A program made the position numbers and the translations under genes. A DNA stretch of 63,980 bases, filler included, from Pelomyxa schiedti (Eukaryota > Protista > Evosea), in NCBI GenBank assembly GCA_020536535.1. It is 10 parts of 10 records of this genome, joined end to end, with 100 filler letters (N's around TTAATTAATTAA, not from the genome) between each part and the next. Parts side by side here need not be neighbours in the genome. Positions count along the whole stretch, not along the records: positions 26,592 to 40,485 come from JAHLWZ010001181.1; positions 40,586 to 60,894 come from JAHLWZ010000705.1; 8 more parts are not named here. One strand, written 5' to 3'. Below the pieces are notes generated by a model that was not told where the DNA came from, made no database searches, and worked only from the letters and a program-made list of their open reading frames with translations. Shown here in pieces: positions 34,657-47,327 of the stretch (positions are counted from its first letter, which is position 1; each line of letters begins with the position of its first letter).

Positions 34657-37600
34657 ATGGACGATACGTTGGCGTACCCCCCGTCGCCAGCGCCCACTAT
34701 AGAATCTCCTGACTACCAAGTACCAACCCCACCACAGCAACACGAGTGCGACACCCCAAACCACCAACTGGCGCATCCCATAATGCCGTCGCCGGGTAGT
34801 GGTGCCCAATACAGCAACCATCGCAGGCACCTTCGTTCCCGCGAGCCGACCGGCGCCAACTACGCGCCACGTTCGTCCCACAATCACTTGACCAGTCACC
34901 GCCACGACGTAAACAAAAACTGTACAGCAACAACACCAGCGAAGGCAGCAGCAACAACAGCAACGCCGTCATCAGCAACACCGACCCCACGAGAACACGC
35001 TAGGCATCACGGTCACAGCCAGAGCCCCCATTCCCATAATAATCGCCACCACCGCAGCAGTGCCGCGATGTCGCGTCCGTCGAAGGGACACGCCGGGCTG
35101 CAGGTCCAGGATCAGCAGCACGAGAATGAAAGGACTCCTCCTGATAGCATTTCGTCCGACCGTTGTGTGGCTGTTATCGATGTCGACTCTGGCGACGGCG
35201 ACGCCGAGGTGGTGGGAGTACCTCCTCCCAGGAGCGCCGATCTACATGTGGTTGCTCCCCCATTTCGTCATTATGGGGCAGCCGATTTCGGTGCTCACGC
35301 CGCTTCGGCTGCGCGGACTCACGTTGCTGCGGTCAGAAGCACAGAGAGGAAGAGATGTCACAGGGACAGCGCGAGTGCGCTACAGAGGCTGCTGCTAAAT
35401 AACTTGGTGCATGAGCACACAGGTACCGCGAGCTGCGTGCGCTCGCTGTCTGCCGCGCGGTATGAAAACTGCGTCGTGTGGTGCCAGCAGGCCGCTCAGT
35501 ATCTGCAAGGGACTTTGGAGGAATCACCAGCGTCGGTCCTGTCGCCGTTCAGGCGCACCAGCCCTACACCATCACCGCCCTTGACACCCAAGCAGAGCCC
35601 CACGGACAGCACTGGGCGAGACAGCGAGAATGCCCCCATCAACACGTCTCCGCCAGCAAACCTATTTAACATCTCTGAGGACGATGATGACTCAATACTG
35701 AACTTTGATGTGATGGTTGACGTGATCAAAAATAGCACACCCATGCCAAAAAATCCTACAGAAGTGGGCGTTGCACCCACTGCGATTTCTTCAGGTGAAG
35801 CAGTTGGGCCAGGCCAGTGCACAGGGTTTCAAGTTGAAACTGTTCCCAATAGCACTCCATCTGTGGAGCATTCCTTCCCCAAAGACACTTCACCTAGCGC
35901 ACCTGAAGTAACGAGACCTGAAGGAAACCCAAGCAAGGAGGCTTGTTTCTCTGAACATCCCACCGTTCCACCTGTTACACTGCACGCTAATTGTGGCCCA
36001 CAATTCACTGAGATTCCACATACATCAATTACACCCCTCAGAAGCGCACACAAGACTGTGTCATCCCCACTGAAAGGAACTGCTCCTATTTCCTATGTGG
36101 AGAGAGCAACCCCAACTGTCAATGCTCAACCTGACAACGGACACTTCACACGTCAATTTCATGACTTAGACATTACAGGAAATCTTGCATTTGGTCGTCC
36201 CAAGAAATTGTCTTTTGACTTGACCGAACCTTCAAAGTCTGACTTGCACAACACGCGGATTTCAAACCCCACTAGGCACGTAATCGGCGGCCAGTTGAGT
36301 GTTCAAACAACTTCCATTAGCACGGGATCCAAGCATGGAATCTCCTGTCGAAAACGCGGTCAACTTGACAGGCTTTCCAATCCCTTGAGTCCTAACTCAC
36401 ACCCCGCATTGTCACCCGCGTATGCGGGATCAGAACTTCACGCGCCACACTCAAAGAGGATTAGACATTCACCAGTCTCGCCGCCACTTTCCCTGCACCC
36501 AACGTCGATTCTTTCAGAAACCAAGAAATGTGCGCTATCCAGTACAAAAGGCCAGTCGAACACTACTAAAACGGAAATATGGTTTACCAAGTATTCCCCT
36601 GTGACAGAGGTACATTCATTCACCCGAGTCTTCGACTTATCTGCACAGGAAGAATTAGTGGTCAATCCAAAGAAGGTTGCTGATGTCAAGGCATGGCTAG
36701 TAAACAGTTTTAAGAACATTGGCACTAGTTCGGTACACTCCCACTGAAGTTTTTTCCCCTCATCACTCATCCTAGGGAAAACGCATGTTGTGTCTCACTG
36801 GCCCATCTGGCTCTGGTAAAACTGCTATGGTACACATACTATCAAAGTCCGTAAAAGCGGTACCATGTGAGTGGGTGCTTCCTTCATATGACACGACATT
36901 GAATTCGGATTGTATAACCGAGGATTACACTCCAGTCATCGAGCGGTTTATGGGGTGGCTGAGAAACACTTCCCGGTAGGTGTGGCTCTCTAACTATGTT
37001 AAATGTTTGAGGTTAATTTAAAAGTAATTTTTCTTCCTCCATAAATAGAACGCGTGATCTTTTGTCTGGGGCAGGGCGTAAAATTCTGGTAGTGGAAGAT
37101 TTCCCTCACATTGCAGGGCTACCACAGGCCAATAAACTGAGAGAAGCACTACGCTGGTAAAAATATTTTTCGTGGTTCCTTCAATTTTACAGCACACAGG
37201 TTTCTGCAATTCGGAAGAATGCCTCTGGTCTTCATCATGAATGATGTTTACAGTTCAATTGAATCGTCATCTTTACTGTACGAAGTCGTCTCTCGTGAGT
37301 TCTTTTCAAATCCTGGAGTCAGTGTAATAAGGTCGCCTGTCAAACCACCTTGACGCTTGTTAAGCTTTACTCCAGTGTCAATCCAGTGACAGCAACAATG
37401 ATGGAGAAAATACTTAGGCGGGTGGCACTCATGGAAGGGTTTCCCCAGATCTCCAATACGGTTCTTTCGATGCTAGCAGAAAACAGGTCTAGCTTTTGCA
37501 AGATACAACCCCTGTAACAAAACTGCAGTGGTGGTGATATCAGAACAGCTATTAATGCATTACAGTTCTACTGTTGTTGCAGTCAAGAATACCTCTCCCC

Positions 37601-38547
37601 CCATCCTGTAAATAAGTCCTCAATTGGGAATCGGGACCAATCTCTTAACCTCCTTCACGCAGTTGGGAAGATTATCTATTGCAAACGTATAGCACTTCTC
37701 CATGCCTACGCTTCTTATTTGTTGCAGGGATTCCGCAGTCCCAGTTACCTTCCAAACGAAAGCCTATGCACGCAAACTTCAGGCTCCCATTGAAGAACAG
37801 TGCTTCTGCTGTATTAGAGCGAGTAACATTAAAACCCAGAAAACAATCCCAACCAACAAAACAACCAGGTCTGTGCTCCATCAGATATCTTCACCGCGTT
37901 TGTCCACGAGAATTACTTGGGAACTTTTTCTGATATAGATGACATCGCCAGCTCACTCGAATTTTTGTCTTTCTCGGACACATTGGAGAAGAGATCTTTT
38001 GTAAATGCTGTTTATAGTCCTCTTCCTCATTTACCTTTGTGCAGGATATGCCTGTTTTGACAACTTACTCCGCGCAAGTTGCTTCACAGGGGTTTTTATT
38101 TTTCAATAACCACCACATTAATAAGGTTCGTAGGGAAATTTTGGCTGTTTGTAACCTCTTTTAGTCTTACAAACAAATGGAAAAGCCACAACAATTTACT
38201 GCCTTGAAGAATGCGGCAGCGAATTCAATGTCCTTGAAGCAACTTTGTTATTCTGTGTGCACGCAGCAAATACAAACTGGAGCAAGGGGCGCCGATGACT
38301 ACCGGTTAGAATGCTTAATATCCTTCAATTTTTCTTACACCTAACCAGGTATCCCGATTGGTTGACAAGCGGCGCATCACATTCCATGGAAGTACTTCCA
38401 TGGGTCCGTGCTATGTCACTCCTTCAGATGAAAAACAACCAAGTAAAGGCTCAACAACCAACGAAGAGCTATGAGGAAATTCTATTTGGAACAAATCACA
38501 CTTTCCTTGGAGGACTGTGTGACTACTTTAGAACCAAGAAACTATGA
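34657..38547 (+). CDS. RAD17: Checkpoint clamp loader RAD17/Rad24 with a long low-complexity N-terminal extension, multi-exon; 3' end approximate
   Basis: WFTKYSP..EELVVNPKKVADVKAWL; LTGPSGSGKT; ILVVEDFP; GGDIRTAINALQF; RDQSLNLLHAVGKIIYCKR; HENYLE. Confidence 0.9.
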
Positions 38548-38781
38548 GAGAACAAAAATATGTTGAATACAAGAAGAGTGTACAGTAAAAAAAAACTCGT
38601 CCCACTCTATTTCTGTCTCCAAACTGTCATTTTTATCGATCTCCAGTTGGATGACAGAGGTGAGACTGTGGGCACGTCCCGCGAGGGATCCGACGGCGCG
38701 TGTCATCAGCGAGGAAATAGGCATGAGGTGGGTGACGTGGGTGGAGAGGACACTTTCTATCGGATAGTGGATTTCCTGCTT

Positions 38782-39117
38782 CAACCCAAACAAAAAAAAA
38801 GGGGGTAATTTTCAATGGAACACCACCACGAAGTCATAACCTTACCCAGGACCAATGTTGCCACTACAAGTCACACTCCTTCCCCGTGGTGGATGCAAAG
38901 TTTCATGCCCGAGCATCTTGTTAAGAAACCAGTTTTTTCTCGGTGTGCTGAATTGTGGGAGGCCTGCTTCTTGTATCCCACAATCCGGCGCACCGGGAAA
39001 AAACTGGTTTTTTAAGAAGAGGCTCGGAATGTCTTTTTCGGAGCCATCACGGGGAAGGAGTGTGACTGCGTGGTGGTTTTCCATTGAAAATTACCCCCTT
39101 TTTTTTTGTTTGGGTTG
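38782..39117. mobile_element. Foldback/MITE-like element made of two long imperfect inverted arms
   Basis: Left caacccaaac-A9-gggggtaattttcaatggaa..aattgtggga is mirrored by tcccacaat..ttccattgaaaattaccccc-T9-gtttgggttg. No target-site duplication seen. Confidence 0.75.
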
Positions 39118-39980
39118 GGGTGGAGTAGAGGAACTTGTTGGCTCTGGTGTCCACGCCACCAGGAGGGCTGTAGTGCAGAGTGGAGGTTAAAGAAAGTAAT
39201 TTTACCGTTATCAAAGACTGAAAAATACAAATTTCCTTTTCGAGATCTCTCTGGCAGTGGCTTTTTGTTGGGGCACTCCAACAACAAGGTTGTTGTAGCA
39301 AAAAATTGGGGGTCAAACCAACTCTACCCAAAAAACACACAAGAAAATTCTGGATCTGGTCCAGATGGTGTCAAAATCATGTCAAACCAGAGGGAGAAGG
39401 TAATACAGAGCTGTGAGCAGTGTTTCCCTTGGTTCCCAGTGAAAAAGGAGGCACTGGGACTGAGGAAACCCAAAAAGTGGTGGTAACTGGATGGGTGCCG
39501 GAAAAAAAAAGTACAATTTTCCAGCACCTGGACCAGATCATTCTCCTAAATTGATTACAAAAAACCTGTTTGATTGTGGGCAAACTGTTGGGGTATGTGG
39601 TAGTGCATAAGAAGTTGTGGCATGATAGTTTCATGGTCTACCACACATCCACAGTCCCATTGTCCCAAAATATAACAGCTCCACATTTCAACACCTTTGA
39701 CACCCCAAATCCTCTTCCACCAAAGCTTTCTTCTGAAAATTGGAATTCCACAAGGGGTAATCTCTTCTCTGGTGAAGCAAGACCATACATTTTATGTAAC
39801 AACTCAGAAAGAGAAGATTGAAGACAAATTGTGCACAATTTGAAATTGAAATTGACTGAAGGTGTGCTCAGGGCAACTGCTCATTGGTCATATGACCAGC
39901 TGAAAGCAGCTGAAAAAAAACTGTTGTTTCATTCTTGTGTCACTGAAGAGCAGAGTTTATTTTCTGAGTTGTTGCGACAT

Positions 39981-40154
39981 CCCAAAAAAAAAAGGGGGTA
40001 ATTTTCAATGGAACACCACCACGAAGTCAGAACCTGACCCAGGACCAATGTTGCCACTACAAGTCACACTCCTTCCCTGTGGTGGATCCAAATCTTTCAC
40101 AAAGTGCCTCTTGTTAAGAAACCGGTTTTTTCTCGGTGTGCCGAATTGTGGGAT
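39981..40154. mobile_element. Third copy of the same arm (putative TIR) followed by different internal sequence
   Basis: Direct repeat of about 38790-38960 with substitutions. Confidence 0.7.
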
Positions 40155-40585
40155 TTCAGAACAGAAAATTCTTTGCCCCAAGTCACGTCGAGTACCGGTC
40201 CTGAGTGGGCGCCAGTCGACTGCGGAGTGCGAAACAAAGTCATGTGTTTTTTTCTTTCCTTCTTCGACCGGGTGTTTGCCGGTTGTTCTTGGCAAAGAGT
40301 GCTCGGGGGACAAAAACCAACAACAGACCCGAAGAAGTAGCACGCAGGAAAGAGGCATTCCGCCACACTGTTGTTGGACTTGGTGCGCTATGGCAAGTGT
40401 TCTACCCTTATTACGTTTCAGGAGGTGCAACTCTGGCCGCATCACCAGCGCCGGTATTGTGCTGTTGCAAAAGGAAAAGAAATTCNNNNNNNNNNNNNNN
40501 NNNNNNNNNNNNNNNNNNNNNNNNNNNNNTTAATTAATTAANNNNNNNNNNNNNNNNNNNNNNNNNNNNNNNNNNNNNNNNNNNN

Positions 40586-41442
40586 AACAACAACAACAAG
40601 CAGTTGCATTTTTAGCAGGGTGGCACTCGAGGACGGGGGCACACAGCGTCATGATGACGTCATCGTCGCCCTTGTGTGTGGCAAGAATCATCCTGGAATT
40701 CCTGCTGGGTGTGTTGCTGGTTTTTTTTATTCTTCATGAACACCCACACACTGAACAAATAGTTCATAGGGGACATTTGTGTGTATCACAGAGGAACGTG
40801 GAAGACAATTGGGGGGGGAATCGCAGTGATCGAGGACACTCCACAGTGGATCCCTGCTGGTACCTGTGGAAGCTCAGTGGGAGGGAGAATAGCATGGCTG
40901 GAACCTTCACTGCAGGAACTCTCAGGTTCAAGTGACAGGGTTTACTGGGCTTTTGATGTTGTAAAGTACACACATGGTTCATGCCAGGTTCGATATTAAT
41001 AATTTCTCCTGTTGGGACTGATAGTCCCACACAGGAAGGAGTTGGAGCCAGCACCACACTCATGGGAATGGTTCTCGATTCAGCATCAAGCGGAGGTGGA
41101 GACTACTACCCAATCACATTCCCATCACTCGGCAAGCGTGGTGTCAACTCATTTGGCCTGAAATTCGGTACTGGTGTGTACCCTGTGGTGCAAGGCAACA
41201 TAGTACCACTGCGTGTAATGGTGTCAGGTCCGCCGACCACAACAGACCAGTTCTCGTTCCTGTTGACATTTGAGACAGCTGACAAGAAGCAAGGGCATGT
41301 TGATGTGTTCAGGAACATGAAACCACTTGTGAGCTATGACAACGTGGACACATCACTTCCGTTGTATCCAACTGTGAACCTGTGCTGCCGTGATTGTGCC
41401 TACAGGTTCGTCATGTACCCCACTCTCCCTCAGGGATTATGA
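40586..41442 (+). CDS. Protein with an N-terminal HxRxG motif and a SPRY-like C-terminal domain, 5'-truncated, about 3 exons
   Basis: QAVAFLAGWHSRTGAHSV..VARIILEF; VYWAFDV; FSFLLTFE..VDVFRN..LPLYPTVNL resembles a SPRY C-terminus. Confidence 0.55.
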
Positions 41443-41476
41443 CCATGTTTGTTGATAGAGGCCAAAGAAACGAAAT

Positions 41477-43415
41477 TTAATTTTTTTCGTTTTTTCTTAC
41501 ATTACACGAGTGTATGTTCCTAGGAATGGCGGCGATGATGTATGTGGTGGTACCGAACACGCCTAGTGCAAATGACATTCCAATGTAACAGTAGAACCAC
41601 ACCCGAATGTAGGCATTGGTGGCATCAACCTATTCTGACGTTGGAAGTGGAAACAGACAAGGGAAGAGGATACCGTGGCCATGAAGGTGTCTTGAATCAA
41701 CAATGAGATGCAGTAATTCACTGCAAACATCAGGGCATAGCTTGCAAACCTGTCGGCCTTCGCTGGGCTACCAAGTAGTGCTGCTTGCTCCTGCAGGACT
41801 TTTTGGTCATCCTCGTTCTTGTCCTTATCTGCGGAACAGTTGAGAATGAACGCTTAAAAAGGGGGCATGGTGTTACCGTTGAGTTCTTTGTCTCGGGTGT
41901 CCATTGAATGAGCAATCATGGAAGAAGCGATCATGAGAACATATTCGGCTAGTGCATTGTACACCAGATACACCGAAGCCACGCTCTTGACTCTTTGTCC
42001 AAATCCCATCAAGCAGAATAAAATGGAGCAGGCAATAGGGGATCCGCATAAAACGAGAATTGATTCCAGCCATGATTTGTGTGCCTGCGAATAGTATGTT
42101 ACCTTGCACGGCTCTTATCTTTTTGTGTTTTACCTCTTTGCCAATGAACACCGAAATCAGAAGCACTATCATGGCTACAAGGTATGCTGTACCAGAGATG
42201 GCACCGAAATTTGGTGTTGGGCCATCACCAGCAAGGTCTGTCAGTAGAGACTTCCAAGAACTATTAACCAGTGTGTGGACGCCAAGAGTTGCTGCCATGA
42301 AAACTGACCATGTAACCACTGTCAAGCTTGAGTAATGGGTATGGAACGAATGCACGAGGTACTTTGCCCACGCCCTCAGTTTAACTCCTGTCGGGGGCTT
42401 ATGTGGTTAATCAAATAAATTGGAAACACTTAAGTACCTTCTTCAGTGAACCAAGCAAGACTCCGAAAAGGAGACATAGGAAGCAACATATTGCAGAGCC
42501 CAGAGAAAAATACAAGAGATCACTGTAATTTGGCAAGAAGCGAACAAGACACTGCGAAGTGTATGACGATAATACATTCCCCGCCATCATTGTAATACTG
42601 TTTACACTGTAGTGTATAAGTTAGTTCCCACTACAAATTGGATATTTACCTGCAAGCCAATTGGTAGAAAGCATCAGACACACACACGAACATAGCACAG
42701 TTAACCAAGAATCCAGCAGAAAAGTTGAAGCCAAAGAATACTTCGCTAGCTTTGAGCATCGGGACCGCATAACCGCCCTGTGCAAGAATAGTCAGAGTCA
42801 GACCGCACACAAGCATTAGTGATTCCACCAGCAGTGCGATTCGATATCCCGCAAGCTCAAACAAAAGTCCCATCACAATCTATTTATTGATCATGTAAAC
42901 AAACCCAAAGCTAAATAGCTTATAAACAATGAATAAATATTATTATTAATACTATAATAGGAAGGAACCTCCACCCCAAACCTCTAACAGTACACACATT
43001 TCACAACTAAATTCTCATTCGCAGACTACGGAAGAGGGAATAATTATTAATAATACAATGATATATATAAAATAACAACCGTTGCTGGAAGTTTCGCGTA
43101 AGTTGCCACCGGCGTGATGTCATCGTAATAGACCTGGTTCGTGACATTCTTCTCAGCCACAATCTGCACCATGTACGAGTCGCTTGGCTTGAACGAGTGC
43201 ATCAGCTGGTACACGCACAGCGTCCCCAACGTGAATACGACTTGCCTTGTCAGTCCCCTCCACTGTCCCATGAACTTGCTGCAGACCCCACTGGCGCGCC
43301 GCCCCTTGCCCTCCTCGCATGCCTGCGGTTCTGTATTATGGGCTGCGGTTTCTCCCTGGGCCTCGGCGTCTGCGTTGATGTTGAGGCTGCTGTTTGTCGT
43401 CGCGGTAGTGTCCAT
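41477..43415 (-). CDS. SLC19-family (reduced folate/thiamine) carrier, multi-exon
   Basis: LCVYQLMHSFKPSDSYM..KNVTNQVYYDDITPVATY; LFELAGYRIALL; SEVFFG..MFVCVSDAFYQ; PNFGAI. These parallel SLC19 TM1-4 and TM8. Confidence 0.8.
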
Positions 43416-43889
43416 CGCCTCTTGCGCTTTTATTTGTTATTACGTAACAAGCAAATGTGCATTGTTGCGCATCTTCGCCACTTTTGCTGATAACACCGTT
43501 TTTTTGTATTTGAGTGATATCATCGTCTCCGACCCGCTGAAACAAAACATAGGGGCTTCGAAGTCCACATTTGGTGTGATGGTATTATTGAAGGAGTGAA
43601 TGAGTCTCAGACTGAAGCAATGTCAATACAACGCGGAGGTGGTTGGCACCACCAACGATTTGATAATGAAAAATAAAAGATCAAGGGTCGCAAACGGGCA
43701 GAAAGGTTCTTTTTTCTGCCATTCGTAGAAATCAATGATTCTTTTGTTTTCGTCGGCCCAACAACGAACAACATTGCGTGATGGCGAGGCACGAAAGTTG
43801 TCGGTTGCTGTTGTGCTGTCAAGATCCCCAAGTTCTGTTGTCAATTTGCAGGTTTGTTCCGAAGTTGGGAAAGAAAAAAAAAAGGGAGT

Positions 43890-46013
43890 ATGAATGTCTG
43901 TTTGTACCACAACTGGGACTGTGTATGTTGTGATACAGTGATGCTCGACTGTTCAATATTGACATTGCAATTGAGGAATCTGAGCGGCAAGGAACTTCAA
44001 CGGCTGGCACTCACGTGTAGCACACTGTACAATTGTATTTGTATGAAGCCATGCGACTCTCTTTGGGCCCACCTTTGCTTGTTGGATTTCGGCATCATTC
44101 CACCATCACAACTTCCATTATCACCGATAGCATCAGTATCGGAATCAGCTGCACTGGGTGAGAGTTCTGCTCCTTGTTCCACAAATAAGGGTCTGATTGC
44201 ATTCAACACCACTCCAAGGGTGGCATGCACTCCTTTTTACAGATTGTCGTGAGCACCCCCAACCCATACTCCACTACAACCTCTCTCCATTCACCCATTT
44301 TGTCCTATAGATTCACATCGCACCCTCCTGATTTGTATTATAACTTAGACACATTCAGGCCAGTCGCTGAGGGCTTTCGAGTCAGGATGGTGCGTATTGT
44401 TGCATTGCCGAAAGGCCAGGCTTCTTGGAGAGATGTCCCTGGTTTGTAGCGACTTCCTTTTTTTCAGAGGTTTCATTATCTCAGATTTCACACAGATTCC
44501 ACGACGGCTAAAATTATTGTCCAAACCCTCATTGAAAAGTGGTATGCTGCAGCAGAGATCAATGTGAACAAGGTGTTGTGTTGGTATTACAACCCGACTT
44601 GGTCAGCACTTCTATTATTCGAGGTTAGCCTCCCTTTCAAAAGTCTAATTTCAATTCACCCAACCACAACAGATGGAAAATGAAGAATACACTGATGCAT
44701 TTCATCAGTGGATTGGTGAAAATCTTGGCTTGTTGGAACCATTTTCCAGTGATCTGTGGTCCTTGGTGTTGTGCGAAAAACGGTGGGGTTACGCCTTCAA
44801 GTCTTGACATTCAACCATTTCCAGGCATGAGTACCTCCAAATGCATGGCATGTTGCGACAGGCTGTTGACCAAAACCGATATCCAATATATTGCAGTGGT
44901 CATTCTTCCTCCCTTTTTTTTTTTTCTTGGTGGCTGTTATTTCTCACCTTTCTTTTCCACAGAAACTGTTCTGTCACGGTCTCCATTGAAATGGAACCGG
45001 GTTTACACCAACCTGTCCATAATTTCATCCACGAGTCCTGGTACTCTCTCTTTCTTTTTAAGTGGAGCATTAATTAATACACAGGCCGTGAGTTGTTCGC
45101 GAAGTGCGAAAAAAAGAACCCGAAAAAACCAAGCCGGAAACCAACGAAACTTGGGCAGCGGCGTCAGCCTGGCCCTTGGGCTTCATTTCTCGCTGTCATC
45201 GGCATTGCTGGTTCCGGAAAGAGAACTCTCGTTGGGAAATTGTGTCAAATGTTTCCGTGTGTGCCAGCACTTCAATTTAACACTGTTCTGTGTCCAACAA
45301 CTCTTTCACCACCCCGTTCAAATTTCCCAAAAAAGATACAATTCGTACACATGCCATTATTACATGGAATATAAGGAAGATCAAAACTTGTCTGTATTTT
45401 ACATGCCGGAGTCTGATCACGCCTTCTTCACTGGGATATATGACCTCAATGGAACCCCCTCTCCTGGGGACCTTAACAACTTCCTTCCGCATGTCAACGC
45501 AGTTCTGTTTGTTGTTGACTGCCTCACACCCGTAACTCCCATCCCTCTCCTTATTACTGCTGGCCTAACATGTGATGTGTATCGATAAATCACCAACCAC
45601 CACACAGGAATCCAGCATCCCTCTTTTGACCGAGACTCTCAAAACACTGTCATCACACCGTGACATTCCCCTCGTTGTGGCCAACCACAGGTAACAAACA
45701 AACCTCTCTTCACTCTTTTTTCCCCCTCCAATCACCAACCACATCTCCAATCCTCAATCACCTGACTGTCACTTCCCACAGATATGACCTTGCTCCCAAC
45801 CACGACGGCATCACACACATCGCTGAGCTGATGGCATCCACAGCACACAGCAGTGACACCAGCACGGCATTCAAACCACCACACAACTGGGCTGCTTGTT
45901 GCACATCGGTGTTCGCCCCTCAGTCCCTCACCAACCTCGTTGACTGGCTTTCAGTCAGGTCCCCCAAGTTCGACTACTCACATATCTCGAAGATCGTGTG
46001 CTCAATGTTATGA
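43890..46013 (+). CDS. F-box-like protein with a C-terminal degenerate Arf-like GTPase domain, multi-exon
   Basis: LRNLSGKELQRLALTCSTLY..DSLWAHLCLLDF; LAVIGIAGSGKRTLV; AVLFVVDC; IPLVVANHRYD; WAACCTS..LTNLVDWL. Confidence 0.6.
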
Positions 46014-46121
46014 GCACTGCACTCATGCACGCCACAATCAATCAGTAAAAACTGCCTCGTTTCGCGTAAATCATCTTTGTTTGGCCTTGGGCGAGGGCGT
46101 TGGTTGGGACAACAACAACGA

Positions 46122-47128
46122 ATGGGGGTGTCACACAGCCGAGGACACGCGCGACACTCAGAATCACAACCACCACCACCACTTCCGCGAACGACCTCGG
46201 CATCCACGCCGGCAGCCGAAACAGCGGCAACCTCGGCGACAGTGGATTATGGGAATGGGACAGGGGTCGCGGGGGGGTGGGCGCAACTCGACGACTTCCT
46301 GCTGGGGATGATACTCTACAGGCTACCCCATGTACCACTGTATATCTTATGTATTTTATTGTGTAATGTTGTGCCTCAGGTGGGAGTTTTTTTTCTTTTT
46401 CCCTCCACTGATAAAAAGATAGGTTACGTGCGGGACTTGTGTGCCGGAAATGGCATTGTGTTGTTGACCGGCTTGTTACGGATTTAAACTACTGGAAGAT
46501 GTTGTGTGAACTGCGATGTGACTCACCGCTTGGGGCTTATGACTTCCTGTTCCCTGACAAACGACACCACAGAAAGACTGAGCTGACTTGCAAGGACTAC
46601 AGAAGACTATATGCAGTTGGGGTTTTGTTCTTTATTTTTAATCTAATAACATTTTTCGTAGACTTATTTAAGGCCTGTTCCGCCAGGTGCGTTCTATGCA
46701 GTACTCCATACCATTTCCTGAATAAACAAGCAACCCAGGAGTAAAATTACTGATGGACCCGTACCGGAAACCACCATTCAACACTCCAGGTTTTGCCTGT
46801 TCCATTTGTAGCTCGAATTACTTGGGTTCCCTTTGGTGTTTCCACTGCGACATGTACGACCCGAAGTAACTTATTGTCTCTCACTATATCTAGATGTCAG
46901 ATTTATGACCTTTGCTTGAAGTGCTTCGAACGGGGCAAGTCACCAAAGCATGACTGCATTGAACAGTCAAAATGGTGGATGTCCCACTATCACCTATATT
47001 GCTCTGTGACCCCAGAGCTTCTTGTTCCTGACAGAGTCACTGAACTTAAATCCGGGGCCACTTCTGGCATCAACAGAAGTATGTGCACTTTTTCCTCTCT
47101 GGAACTAAACAGCCCCAGAACTATATGA
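46122..47128 (+). CDS. F-box protein with a ZZ-type zinc finger, multi-exon; 3' end approximate
   Basis: WAQLDDFLLGMILYRLP..AGLVCRKWH..YWKMLC; FACSIC..FHCD.CQIYDLCLKCF..H. Confidence 0.75.
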
Positions 47129-47327
47129 GGTTATAGACCTTAACTTTTCCTGACACTTTTCATTCAAATTGGACTTCCCTGGAATGCCAAATCAAATATT
47201 GTTTCATTTTAAGCTGTATGGTACAATAGAGATTCAAATTTTTCATTTCTCAAAAAAAGATGTGCTTGCAGTGGCAGGTTGTTTCTGTGTGATGGCAAGA
47301 CATCTGGTAGTGGCCCGAGGACGATGA

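Noticed and set aside
39120-39950. Possible transposase between the TIR-like arms
   Set aside because: Only short ORFs, and no DDE or other recognisable motif.
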